Positions 1 through 12,779 of a DNA stretch of 46,268 nt are shown here, piece by piece; position 1 is the first letter of the stretch, and each line of letters starts with the position of its first letter. Source of the stretch: Ministeria vibrans ATCC 50519 (Eukaryota; Protista; Filasterea). Where the stretch lies: the NCBI GenBank assembly GCA_943704425.1, contig CALSCP010001341.1, forward strand, positions 1-46,268, in the 5' to 3' direction. The position numbers and the translations under genes are program-made. Below the pieces are notes generated by a model. It had not been told where the DNA came from. It ran no database searches and saw only the letters and a list, made by a program, of their open reading frames with translations.

Positions 1-57
1 GAAAAAAAAAAAAAAAAAAAAAAAAGCGTTCTTATATTCGTGTATGTTGTTGTTTAG

Positions 58-465
58 GATGGCTGAAGAGCTGTTGACCATTACCAACCGCACGGAGGAG
101 TTGGAAGAGACGATCAAACGACAGGAAGAGACACTCGAGTCGGTCCATCAGCTTCAACGACAGGTAACAACTACCTTATTATTTTCATCCCATGCTACGC
201 CTTAGACAATAATTCATTTTTTTTTGATCAGCACAATGCACTGTTGGAGTTGTATGGGGAGCGGGAAGAGGAGTGTGGTGAGCTGCGGATGGACCTAAAC
301 GATGTCAAAAGTATGTTCCGCACTCAGATTGAACAGCTGCTCGATCAGATTGAGACACTTCAGAGCGGCGCAACACGTATCAAAACGAGCGGCGAGCCCA
401 ATGTTGCTGTCGTTGCCTCGTTTGACCTGAAACAGGACAGGGGGGGAAAGAAGGAAGCCACTTGA
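58..465 (+). CDS. TMF1: 3' end of TATA element modulatory factor 1 (TMF1/Sgm1-like golgin); 5' part lies outside the window
   Basis: Exons 58-163 and 232-465 (GT-AG intron 164-231) give ...MAEELLTITNRTEELEE...HNALLELYGEREEECGELRMDLNDVKSMFRTQIEQLL, matching the conserved TMF C-terminal motif (LELxGEKxEExEELRxDLxDVKxMYRxQI). Confidence 0.82.
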
Positions 466-664
466 GTGCGTCATGGCAAGCCAGCTCACGCGCCTTTTGT
501 GTGTCCTTGTCGAACACTCAAACTCCCCCGCATTGTAAAGCACCCGCCAATTGTACAACCACTATCTTTTTTGGGCTCGAAAAATCGCTTTTCCTTGTTT
601 CTTTTTTCGATTATTTCAATTTCATTCCAAGAGAAAACTGTGTGTGCGTGTGTTTGTGTATGTG

Positions 665-1611
665 CTACGATGACTTTGCAGCCCGCTGTTGCTTGCGAGT
701 GACAACATCTTGGCGCGTAATGTTGACGCAGGCGGCAATGAGCTGGACAACGGAGATGAGTTGTTTGATAGCGCTAAGGGGCAGACTGACGTAAAAGACC
801 CAGTGCCACAGTCCCATTGTGTGCTCCGCAAGAGTGACTGCCACATCAAAAGTGTTATTTATTTCATTCTCTTGGCCATATGGCGTATACATATATATTG
901 TTCTTACTTTGGGGGCCATCAAAGAAGTGTTTGAGGTACATTGAGGCAAAGACCCACTCGTTGGCCGAGCAGAGCACAAAAAGCACAATTCGGTTGTGAT
1001 AGTAGTGACGGAGCAGAGGGTTCTCGCCCAACTCAATCGACTTGTGTGACCCTTTGCCACTTGCGAGTGAGTTGTGCATGTGCACCCAGTGAGAGCCTAC
1101 ACCAGGATCGAATGAGAAGGAGTTGGCCTACTTCTGACGCATGTACCAATGTCAAGTGCAATCAGCATCTGAAGGGCAAACAAGTGTTGTGGGTAGAGGT
1201 GGCACAGACAAGCCATAAGAACAACCGTTCCACAGCGGTCAGTGACCATGTCGAGCACGCTGCCAAACGAGGAGCCTGTCAACGAGAAGGCGCAGCGTTC
1301 AAACGTATCTCCTCTCTCTCTCTCTGTCTGTCTCTGTCTCTCTCTCTCTCTCTCTCTCACTCTCGCCGAAGCATACTCTGATTGAGAAGACGAGCAGCGT
1401 AGCCATCAACAGCATCCAGCAGCGAGCTGACAATGTAGAGGGCAGCGGCCAGCATGGGGTCCGTTGGCATGTAGTAGCAGGAGACGATGGTCCCAATAAT
1501 GCGCGCGTACCCTATAAGAATGTTTTATGATTGACATTGCTTCGTTGACGAGAGGAGCCTACCAATCAAGTTGGGCACAAAGAGAAACACATTTTCGTCT
1601 TTGGGAGACAT
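665..1611 (-). CDS. CDIPT: CDP-diacylglycerol--inositol 3-phosphatidyltransferase (phosphatidylinositol synthase), multi-exon
   Basis: Starts MSPKDENVFLFVPNLIG/YARI; CDP-alcohol phosphotransferase motif LLDAVDGYAARLLNQ..SFGSVLDMVTDR; SHWVHMH, SHKSI...NPLLRHYY...LFVLCSANE; ends KQLISVVQL...AAKSS*. Confidence 0.93.
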
Positions 1612-1989
1612 CGGACGCTGAGGAATATAAATTAGTAAGAAAATAGTGAACTTTAAATCTAACTCTGCTGTCTCTGCACTCGGAGAGCTCCAGGGGTCAC
1701 ACACACTCATACTCTTACTGACAGTCAGTGTCAGTTAACAGTTTTCTCAGTCACAGCGAGTCAGAGTTCACACTTAGAACCCTAGATGGACCTGACGGAG
1801 TCTTTTTTCTTTTTTTTTTTTGCTCCGTTTCTGTCAATACTCAATCGTTGTGTGATAATTTTCAAAAAAATTTCCTTTTTCCTTTTGTTAAGTCGAAACG
1901 CTCTCTCTCTCTCACTCTCTCTCCTCCGCATTCTCTCCTTCTACGTCCCTGCTCCGTGCTCTGCCTTCTCTTGGAGTCAACCTGACACC

Positions 1990-4900
1990 ATGGGCGAAGA
2001 TGACGCAAAGAAGAAGGAGCTGAAACGTTCAAATTTACCTGGCGCGAGTAAAGTGATCCCTGTCGACACGGACACGGCCGCCGTGGTCGCAGCGGTCGCG
2101 ACGTCTGTCGCTGCAGCCGCGTCGGCGCACCCGTCGAATCCGGACGGCGTCCCTGTTGGCGTATTTACAGCCGCCGACCTGCAGCTCATTCTTACCGCTC
2201 GCGGCGCACGCATCCCCAAGGTAGCCCCTTGCGCGCCCCTCAAATATTGTCCCCGTGCCCGTGCCGCTCTATTGCGCCCGCTGCGCCTGCAAACCACCCA
2301 CAACAACCGTCTCTTTTCGTCGTTTTTTCTCTTTTTGCATTTTTCCTTTTTTTTCACCATTCATACCGCATCCTCGCCTATCCTCCTTCCGGTCCGCATC
2401 GCCACATCTGGCCCAGTCTTAGTCATCCCTTCTACTTGTTTTCCGCGCGTTCCAACAAATCAGTCTTCCGCTTTTCTGCCTTTCCGCTTTCATGACGTTT
2501 TCGTTTTTTTTTTTTTTTTTTTTTTTACACAAACAGCAAATACAATTAGCTTCATCTCACGTTTTTGCGCGTCAAAACACAATTGGCTTCTTCTCACATT
2601 GCCTGGTGTGGTCGTGTTTTTTGCTTAGTACCCCATGCACTTGGACCTGAGCAGCTCGTCGTACAACATTGTCGACAGTTCGTTTCTGACGGATGCGCCG
2701 GATGTACTCAAAGAGTAAGAATGCAAACGCTCTCTGTGCGCACTGTGTCGCCTGTAGCGCTCATCCCACAACGCCCTCCTTGTCTTGCAGTCTCAACTTG
2801 GCAGACCATGCCATTGAAGTAATGCCTCGTGCCAATCTACCGCAGCTGAAGCGCCTCAACATGTCAAACAACCGTTTGCGCTCATGCAACCTCGCGCATG
2901 GCATTGGCCCGGGCCTTGTCCAGCTCACCTTTTCGCACAACAAAATCTCCACTCTCTGTGGCTTTGCTTCCGCCACCAAACTGGTTGCTCTCTATCTCGA
3001 CCACAATTCCATTCGAGGTGCGTGCGAGATGGGCGAATGTTTACTTTGTTGACCCTCCTTACTCCCACTTGTATACAGCGGGCTTCTCGGAACTGCGATT
3101 TCTTGCTTCGTTACAACTACTCGACGTGTCGCATAACGACATTAGCATGACCATGGCGCAGTTTTACCGGCACTTTATCGTCAACCTCAGCTCTCTCCAC
3201 CGTCTCTCCTACGTCTCCTTCGCCGGCAACCCCCTCGCCTCGTCCATCGAATACTTTCGCCACTTTCTCATCTCCGAACTGCCTCAGGTCAAATTCATCG
3301 ACTACGAACCCGTCACCAGCAAAGAGCGCAAACGTGCTAAGCAACTCGCCACACTCAATGTCTTTGCTGCAAAGGTGAAAAAAGTTATTGTTATTATTAT
3401 TTTTAATATTATTATAAATGGTGTATAATATTGTTCTGTTATTAACTTTTTTTTTGCTGCAATAGAATGCGAAAACGGGTGCTGCACTAGAGGATGTGAC
3501 GCAAACGGACGCAGACGCAAGCGGCGACACGACCTCGACAGCGATCACAAACGTCAACACGTTTCGCGAAGTCACAGAGCGCATCATCCGCTCTCGCTCA
3601 CTGCGCACTCCTCGTAACCGCCCCATGTCCATTTCACCCGACGCATGTCTGTCGCCCACCCATTCGTCCACGACCAACACTGTCGCCTTCTCCACCAGTT
3701 CTTCCACTCGTGTACCCCCCTCAAGTGCCCTATCTACCTCCATCAGTGACCTCACGGTGGTCGCTGCCCCGCCTGCCTTGTCAAGTGGTCCGTCGTCGCC
3801 ACGCAAAAGCAATCCCGACTTGCCCTCGTCCACCGTCTCCTCGCTCTTTTCTATGCAACAAATGCTCAACAAAGGCAACGTTAGTGGCTTTGTGCGCGCA
3901 CGCAGTCTCCGTCACGCCAAACGTCAAGAGGACACTCTCAATCGCCTGTCGACTTCGGCGTCGGTGGGGGCCGACGCCGCCACCTTCCACGAACGCCTCA
4001 CTTCCCCCGTCGACTCAAAACTCTCCATGGAGTCGTCTGCCGACGACGGCGTGGACCGTCGCGAGAGTGACATGAGCACGGCTTCAAGTTCTGCCACACC
4101 CAGCGGCAATTTGCGACAGCGCAGCGGTGGCTCCTCCTTTCGCCTGCGCAATAGCATTCGTCGCTCCTTTAAGCGTCCCGCCGTATCGCGTAGCTCCGTC
4201 GAAAATGCCCATTCTACTCTCAGCGACTCAAATCCATCGAACGTCATTTCCTTGTCGACATCGTCCGTTTCGTCTGCGTCCGGCGACGGCAGACATCCAC
4301 GCGCGCCCATTGCGGCTGCGTCGTCTACAACGGCGGGGAGCTCGACGTTGGGCACGAAAGAAGAGACGCCCACGAGTGAAATGTTTGGCATGATTCCGTC
4401 GTATGGCACGCCTCTTGGTGCGGGCGTTGACATTGACTTTGACGAACTGTTTCTTGGCAGCGATCTGCTGGGCTACGGTCGCTTTGGTGATGTACGCAAG
4501 GCTGTGCTTCTTGACGAGCCCGTCTCGGTCAAGAGCATTCCCATTGTGCGCGGTACCGTCTGGTCATCGCTCAGGCGCATCCAGCAAGACCTGAGCACTC
4601 TCAACATGCTCGCCCATCGCAACATCGTTACCTTCATTGGTCTGTCGCAACAGGGTGACACAATCTATATTGTCAGCGAGTTTCTTGCGGGTGGCTCTCT
4701 TTTTGAGCTGCTCCATCGCGATCGTGCGGTGCAGGCGGTGGACCTCATCAAGATTGCGCTGGACATTGCCGAGGGCCTGCGCTATCTACATGACCTCACG
4801 CCGCCCATTGCGCATGGCTTTCTCAAGTCTATGAATGTGCTGCTCGATACCTTTGACGAGGGTGCCATTACCGCCAAGATCTCAGATGTGCGTCTCGAGG

Positions 4901-7900
4901 GTATCTGGTGCTCCGTGTGCAACGAGAACCCACTTGACATGCACGACGTCTCGCCGCACTGGTCGGCGCCCGAAGTGTTGCGTGGCGAACCGTCCGAACC
5001 GTCGGCCGACGTATATGCCCTGGGTATCATCATGTGGGAGATGTTCTCGCGCCGTTTGCCCTTCTCACAGCTGCGTCCTTCTGACATTGTCGTTGCCGTG
5101 TGCGACCTCAACGAACGTCCCCAGTTTCCCCCTTCCTTTCCAAACTACCTACGTCGTCTCGTCACCGTCTGCTGGTCGCCCAAGGCCTCGGCACGTCCCA
5201 ACCTCAAGCAGGTGCAGTATGTGTTGCACCATCCCCTCGACATGCTCCTCGACGGTTTTGAGACCGACGTGGCCGGTCGTGTGTCACGTCCCGTCGAGCG
5301 TATGCCCAGTACGGACGATCGCAGCCGCTCCTGGCTTGCCGAACGCTCCCTCATGCACACCAAGGAGGACCGTGCTCGTCTGTCAGAACGAGCGGCCGCC
5401 GCCGCACGTGACATCCCCGAAGACGCTGAAATTGATTTTTCGCCTCCAACCAGTCCCGACTCGGCACAACGCTCCGCCGAACGTCGCCTGCGCAAACTGC
5501 AGCGTCTCAAGGCAACAGAGGCACCCACTCAAGACGAGATTATCAGCTTGCTTGCAACACAGCTCGACACGACGACGTCAGACCAGGCAGGTTCCACATC
5601 TACTTCGAGTCCAAGCACCAGCACAAGCGCAGCCGCCATCTCGTCGTTGCCGGGCGGAGTCAGCCCCAATTCAGGTGCGTCGTCACTCAACGTGGCGCCC
5701 AACACGAACTCTGGCAACGTGCAATCGTCTGTCGTCATTTGTACCACGCCGCCGAGTACCACCTCGTCTGTTGTCAATCTCACCGCAACCAGCCCGTCAC
5801 CGTCGCCCTTTTCGTCGTCGCCTACGCTGGGCCGCGTCCAAAAGGGCATGAATATTTCACTGTCGACGGCCAAATCGGTTGGCAGTGGCCAACGCACCGG
5901 CTCGATTCGAACGGCCCGCGTCAATCGCGTCGTGGTCACTGGCAACAACGGCGGTGTGAGTGGAGCTACTACTACTACTCCTGCTGCTGCTGCTGCTGCT
6001 GCTGGTGGTGGCGGTGGTGGTGGTGGTAATGCCTTCAACGAGTCCAAGACGTCTCTGGGGACGACAAGTCCACGCACCACTCGCGTTGGATCCAATTCGT
6101 CGACCGAGGACATGGATGTCAACTCGTCGGACTACAACTTGTCGATGGCTCGACGTGGCAACAAACCCACCATGGTCAAGACACCGCCGTCGTCTCCCCA
6201 TGCCTCGAGTGTCTTTAACGAGTCGCTTATGTCGAAATCGTCGACGCAGCTCAGCACGCCCTCAGTGCCTTCGAACCGGATTGCGCGTCTTTCACAACCG
6301 TCGCTTTCGACGGCCGCCAAAGAGTCGTCGCTGGGTCCGCGCGTTGCCTCGTCTATCCGCCGTCTCTCCGTTCGATTCCGACGCATTCGTGCCTCGTCGG
6401 ACCCACCACCTATCGACGATGTGGAGCAGGCGAATGCTACAGAGGCGGCACGCGTCAATGTGCTGAAGAGCAAGACAAGCAGTGGGAGTGCGGCAGTGCG
6501 GCTCGACGAGATGGCCAGCGAGGTGCCGCAGTTGCGTACCAACACGGTGATGAGTCTGACACTAAATGCACTGCAAGACACGGACGCACAGTCGCGTCGG
6601 GTTGCTGCCGAGCGCCTTTCGCAGCTTGTCATTGATACGTCGTCGATTCAGTCGCTCATTGCAATCGACGGTCTTGCAGTACTTGCGCGTGTTATTGTGG
6701 CGCCACAAAATCGCAAGGATGTCAATGTGCTTCTGCCCTGTTTGCAGGTGGTGCACGAGATTGGGGCGGTGGCACTTCAGGCGATGCACACGGACGGCAT
6801 GCATGCGACACTCAGCAGTGTAACGGACGCCGCCGAGAGCTGCATTCGCAATGGGATCCTCACGGGCATTGTACCTGCGCTGCAGCTTGACCACGACCCA
6901 TGTGTGGTGGCGGCTCTCGACGCAGCCACGTCGCTCATCCAAGCTTCGCCACGATTGGGAGGCTCGCGTGCGCTCCATCACGGCCTGCTTGGTGTCACAT
7001 CGCTCATCCTGGGTGGACTCTCAAACGAGTCTATCCAGCGCCAAATGTCCGAGGATGTCAAGCGACAGCAGCAGCTTGCGCTGCGTCAGTCGGGCGAAGC
7101 ACCCCGCTTGCACGGTGACTCGGCGCGGGCCGCCGCGGCTGCACTCCTCTCGGCCGTGTGCCAGGTGGAGAATGTCGAACGACAAGAGTGCATTGTGCTC
7201 ATGTGTAGTCACGGTGTGGTGGCGGCCCTGGTCGACCTCATTGCGTGCAGTTCGGAGGGTCACGTTCGCGTGCGTGCCGTCGAGACACTGGCGCGCATTT
7301 TGTGTCTTGGTGACGAGACGTCTCATCGACTGTGCATCGAGACGGGCGGTGCAGATGTGCTTGTGGACATGATGCAGAGTAACCTTGCGGCGGCGCAGCG
7401 CCACAGTCTCCTTGCCATTAATGCGCTGCTCAACGGAACCTCCAGTGCCTCGGCGCCGTCCATGGCGGCCCGTGCGGCCACGGGGACCACGTCCAAGCAC
7501 CACGATGCGCTTGTCTTTGCCGGAGTCATTCCGCCCACACTGCGTCTACTCGACTCGGGCGACCGTCAAGTGCGTCGTCTTGCCGCCGACGTCACCTACA
7601 GCATCTGTGTGTCGGCACGATCTTGTCGGGCCCTGGCGGCGCTTGATGGGATTCCTATTCTTGTGTCGTGTGTGCTGGAGGATATTGATTCGCCGGCTCT
7701 GCCGTCGCGCATCATTGCGTTTCGTCCTGGTTCGAGCAGGGAAGCAGCGACAGCCGAGACGGACGCGGAGCGACGCGGATCAGCTTGGTTTGCGCTCGAG
7801 CTGGTATGTGAACATGTGGAAAATGCTCGTGAGATGCTCCTTTCGGGTGGAGGTGACTCACTCCTTGCCGATCTCGAGGCTTCGCTTGAGCGTGCGACGC

Positions 7901-8181
7901 CCTCGTCCAGCCAGCCATCCAAGCAGGCCTCGGTGACATCGTCCGTCGACGATTTCGTTCCTGTCAATGTGCGCGCCGTGTCACGCAGCAGCACTTGCCT
8001 TCCCTCGTCGCAGCTGCCACGGGTGGGCAACGACAAGGACAAGGAGGAGGTAAATGCGAAGGTGGACAATGAGGAGGAGGAGGCAAAGGTGGAGGTAAAG
8101 GTGGAGGAGAAGGCAAAGGTAGAGGATAAGCCGACGCTGAAGCTGGGCTCGACACCACGACTGTACAGCACGGATGTTTGA
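1990..8181 (+). CDS. Large LRR + TKL-type (probable pseudo)kinase + ARM/HEAT-repeat protein
   Basis: ATG 1990; first intron 2221-2628; LRRs (LKRLNMSNNRL, LVQLTFSHNKI, LVALYLDHNSI, LQLLDVSHNDI, LSYVSFAGNPL plus cap-like YFRHFLISELPQVKFID); kinase fold about 4450-5240 (LGYGRFGDV, VSVK, HRNIVTFIG, WSAPEVLRG, DVYALGIIMWE); helical ARM-like repeats about 6550-7880. Confidence 0.8.
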
Positions 8182-8331
8182 TATATTAGCGTGTACTACT
8201 ATTCTCGTTTATTAATTGCTATTGTTATTCGTCATGAAGATTGATGATAAGACGTTTATTTTTATTATATACAACTCGCTCTATTTATTAAATAAAATTG
8301 GAGTGACTAGTGTGACATAATAATAATAATA

Positions 8332-8370
<39 letters not shown>

Positions 8371-8594
8371 TGGAATATCGAACATTGCCACAAAGGTGTG
8401 AAAGGTTTCACCTGCCATCGATATAAAGTATTGACTATTGAGATATTAAAAAGTTTGAAGACGGGGAACACAATAGAGAGAATCGGAATGAATAAGAGTT
8501 GATAATATAATTATTATTGATATTATTTTGATTTTCTTCACTTTTCATTTTGATTAAACACTTCAAGTTTTCTTCTCTCTCTGTCACTTCCAAC

Positions 8595-9987
8595 ATGGAC
8601 GACGTCTTGGCACTACTAAGAAGGCGACTTGTTACCGGATTGGGATATGCGCCAAGATGTGTCGACGAGGAAATCCGGTGTGTCGCTTCGGACAAGGAGT
8701 GGTTTTGTTGACTGTCGCGCATTGTGTGCCGTAGAACCTTACAAAGCGTGCTTCGACAGTCCACGTCGATGGGCGAAGGCAATTCAATTCTGATTCTGGG
8801 GCCTCGTGGAAGCGGCAAGTCGACGGTGAGCGGAGAGACGCGGAATGAGGCGAGAGAGTGTGTGAGGCGCTGACGATGTCGACCTTTCAGATATTGGAGA
8901 GGACTCTCGCGAATTTACGCGCTCCCAACGAGACGGACTTTATCGTGGTGTACCTGAATGGAATGCTGCAGCTGGACGAGAGGACAGCACTGCGGGAGAT
9001 TGCACGGCAACTCCGAGCAGAATCAAGTTTGGACGAACAACCGCTGATGGTAACGCACTCGTCCTCTGTTGTTGCTACGCGTCGTCGGGGATGACGCGAG
9101 CTTGTCTCGTCGGCTTTCTTTTTATATTCATTGTGTTATTTCCCGAAACACAACCTGGCGGGAGTGTTGGCAGTGGTGTCGCCGCCGACGCTACTCTCAA
9201 CTGTCCTCTACTTTTTCGTAGACGTCGTTTGCCGACTCGTTTGCCTTTCTCCTGTCCGTCCTGCGCGTCGGCAACCGTGACGAGACCCAACCTGTGTTTT
9301 TCATCCTGGACGAGTTTGATCAGTTTGCACTACACCCGAAGCAGACACTGCTCTACACACTATTTGACGTGGCGCAATCGTCACAGAGTCCGCTTGCAGT
9401 GGTGGGGCTGACCTGTCGTCTGGTGAGGCGTGTTTGCTCTGCATGTGTATTGAATTGCATCTTTATTCTGCCGTTTCTCCATTTCTTTTTTTGCACAGGA
9501 TGCCATTGAGCTGTTGGAGAAGCGTGTGAAAAGCCGGTTTTCGCATCGGCAAATCCATGTGTGCAACCGCTTTACGTTTGAAGATTACGTGGAGCATTTT
9601 GTGGAGACGTTGAGAGTGCCGGCAGAAGGGTGTGGAAGGGACGAAGGGAGAGCGGCGGCGGAGTGGAATGGGACGGTGGGGGACGTGGCACGACAGCGGG
9701 GCATGGAGAGTGTGTTGCGGCGGCAGTTTGAACTGAACAAAGATCTGCGGGCACTGCACCAGCTAACTCTGGTGGTGCTGAGTGGTGCGGAGGGGAGTGT
9801 GGGTGGAGCGGCTGGTGCTGTGACGGTGGAGCGCATGGAGAGTGCGTTTGCAGCGCAGACAGCTGATGCCAAGGCTCTCATGCTTAAGGGTGAGTGAGAC
9901 AAGGGGAGTGCGATGACACTCCGATTCTCACTCTGTGTGTTTGTCTGTCTGTCTGTGTTTAATCGTCTCTCTCTATCACTTTGTTTC

Positions 9988-10042
<55 letters not shown>

Positions 10043-10682
10043 GGACTGTCTATTCTTGAGCTATGTGTTGTCATTGCAACCAAACATGTGTGTGCAGCAC
10101 TCGCTGAGCCCGACTCTCCTTTTAACTTTGAGCTGGTGTATGCCGAGTACTGCAAATTTGCAAGACATCGAGCGAATACAGTCGAGGAGTTTAGCAAACC
10201 AGTTGTGCTGAAGGTACAGAGAGAGAGAGGAGGGGGGGGGGGGGGGGGGAGAGAGAGAGAAAAAGACAAACAAAGTGATAGAGAGAGAAGGAGTAGGAGG
10301 AGAAGGAAGAAGTAGAGAGAGGTGGGAGAAAGAAATGCAAAGTGATAGATGGGGAAGAAACGAGAAAAAGGAAGAAACAAAGGGATGGAGAGCCGTTGAG
10401 ACTGAATTTGACCTTATGCTGTTTTAGGCGTTTGAGCACTTGTTGGCACTTGAACTGCTCTGTCCGGTCGACGGACATAATGCAAAGGCTCTCAAGGTAC
10501 TCACTCACTCAACTCTGCATTTGTCTGTCTTTCCTTTTTTTATTGACGTCCATTGCTTTCTCATGTAGGAATTCCGTCTGGTGCGGTCTGTGCTTGTGCC
10601 TGAACAGATCCGCGATGCCGTTGCGTCGTACCACAACTGCCCCACTGCCGTTGCCCGTTGGGGCACTCAGTGGACCGAATAA
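8595..10682 (+). CDS. ORC4: Origin recognition complex subunit 4, multi-exon
   Basis: [18 protein letters not shown] (Walker A), [48 protein letters not shown] (Walker B), [37 protein letters not shown]; ends [15 protein letters not shown]. Confidence 0.93.
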
Positions 10683-10779
10683 TCGTCTTTTGACTTCTCT
10701 GTGCTATCATAATAAATATTACTTTTATTCAATACTGTTAAATCTTGATACAAAATCTAGAAAGTACAATAAAAGACCC

Positions 10780-10919
10780 TCAGCGACGCGAGCGAGAGCG
10801 ATCGCGCGATGAAGAGTCGCGATAGCGATCACGCGACGACGAGTCACGATCACGAGAGCGGTCTCGCGTGTCCCGAGCGGCTCCGTGCCCTCGATCCCTA
10901 TCCCTGTCTCTAACCCTGC

Positions 10920-10959
<40 letters not shown>

Positions 10960-12608
10960 ATCCCTTTCCCGTTCTCGGTGTCGACTAGAGTCTTTGCTTT
11001 CGGTGGTGGCAGTGGAAACTTGGACGGATACGGGGGTGGATGCGCGCGAGGGTTCCGCAGTGGCCGGACGAGTGCGCACGGGACGCAGCACACGGAGAGC
11101 GGCGTCCACGGCAGCATCAAGTTCGGCGTACGGACGAGGCGTGCGCTGGTAGAGCATGCGAATGACACGCGCACACTCCACCAGATCCGCGCGCGACGTG
11201 TCAAAGATGAGGTACCAGGGAGTGCTGAGCGGCAGACTGACAGTGCTCAGCGGATGCACTGATGCCAGGTAAATGCACGCACACGCAATCACCGCACTGG
11301 GAAAGCGCACAAACACGTTGGTTCGCAGACTGTCGTTGACATAGTTCCATGCTCTGCATACAGCGAGAAAAGGTTGATTTAGTTGACATACTCATTTTGA
11401 ACCAAACAGTTTTGCTGCATCATTATTCGTTGTTTCAGAAGGTGTCCCAAGAATGCTCTATCTCCCCATATTTTAAATTTTGATTTGTATCGGGTTGTGT
11501 GTTTAACCATTCTATTCATCACTAACACAAAAAAAAACGCCCCCACAACACGCACAAGGGATTACTGTTTCCTCCTACCTTTGGGCGAGGGACAGACCGA
11601 GTTCGCTGTGAAGCACTTGCAGATAGTTGATCACCAGCTTATATGGGTGTTCCATGTGCACGCAAAAGCCCAGTTCGTACAATATCTGAAAAAATTCAAC
11701 AGCAAAAAAGAGTAGGAAACACAGAATTAGACCACCGAAAAAAAAGACAAGTGTAACTAATAATAATAACAATCTATGCAAGCATAATATGTGTGCGTCA
11801 GAAGGTGTCCCAAGAATGCTCTATCTCCCCATATTTTTAGATTTTGATTTGTATCGGGTTGTGTGTTTAACCATTCTATTCATCAGTCGCAAAACCAAAA
11901 GTACTAATAATAACATAAAAATGACAATAATGAATATCATGACTACCTTTCGTTCCATTTTCACGACCTCGTTGCGTTTCTCGTGGTACAGGTTACGAGC
12001 GGTGTCGAGCGGCAGGCAGCGGACGCCACGGCACTTTTGCATGAGATGGTAAAAGACGTTTGTGGTGTCGCGCAGAGAACGGGGACACTCCTCGACCTTG
12101 CACGCGAGGAACATGGCGGCTGCAGCGACGTCTTCCCACTTGTGCGTGACAAGGCTGCGCTTGTAGTAGAATCGCTGCAGAAGGACGCACGCCGTTGCAA
12201 TGGATGTCTGCGCAAAACGAAATCGGTTAGCGCTCCTCCCGCGCCCACGCTCCCTTATTTCACGTCCACACACCACACCCCCCAATGTACACTCGCTTGT
12301 CTGTGCCATGCGCGCGTGCGATTGCACTGGCGTGTCTCCGACGTTTTTCCACAACACACACAAGAAAAAAAAAAAAAAAAAAAAAAAAAAAGGAGGAGAA
12401 AAATAAATACCTGTGGAACCTCCAAGAGCATGCCTGCTCGCTGAATCCACTCTGTCGCAGTGATACGGATGTCTACTTCGTCATCGACGCTCAGGCCGTC
12501 GTCCATGGACGGCGTAGACGTCAGGATGGCCGCGGGAAGCAATGCTTCATTCAAAGGCAAAAGCTGGACACTGCTTTCATTTGATCGCAGTGGCGACGCC
12601 GTCGTCAT
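10780..12608 (-). CDS. CCNL1: Cyclin L (CDK11 partner) with C-terminal RD/RS domain, 4 exons
   Basis: TPSMDDGLSVDDEVDIRITATEWIQRAGMLLEVPQ, IATACVLLQRFYY, FLACKVEECPR, ERKILYELGFCVHMEHPYK, AWNYVNDSLRTNVFVRF, IACACIYLA and an RDRDR...SRSRR tail. Confidence 0.88.
11435..11522 (-). ncRNA. Intronic C/D-box snoRNA, copy 1 (SNORD58-like guide)
   Basis: Minus strand: GTGATGA (box C) ... CCGA (putative D') ... TGGGGA (putative C') ... ATTCTTGGGACACCTT-CTGA (box D); terminal stem TGTT/AACA; sense orientation inside cyclin L intron 3. Confidence 0.85.
11798..11886 (-). ncRNA. Intronic C/D-box snoRNA, copy 2 (paralog of copy 1)
   Basis: Near-identical to 11435-11522 from box C (CTGATGA) to box D (CTGA); terminal stem TGCG/CGCA; inside cyclin L intron 2. 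Confidence 0.85.
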
Positions 12609-12779
12609 GAGTCATCAAGCAAATCCCTCGCGACGAAGACTGTATTTTGAATAAAAAAAAGTGTCTTCCTCGAAAGTCGAAAATCGAAACTTGAAAATGA
12701 TCAAAACCAATTCAGTCGGGCCAGTCCAATTCTTTCACCTGTCACTACAATTCTATAGACGCCTTCGAATAAGACTACT

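Noticed and set aside
8405-8425. DRE-like CATCGATA and a small inverted repeat upstream of ORC4
   Set aside because: Single imperfect short match, expected by chance.
10921-10958. (TCGGTC)n tandem repeat as a regulatory or telomeric repeat
   Set aside because: It encodes the RDRDRD part of the cyclin L RS domain.
11435-11886. The duplicated 88-bp segment as a CRISPR repeat, LTR pair or target-site duplication
   Set aside because: Eukaryotic locus, only two copies, boundaries coincide with C and D boxes, and a normal exon lies between them.
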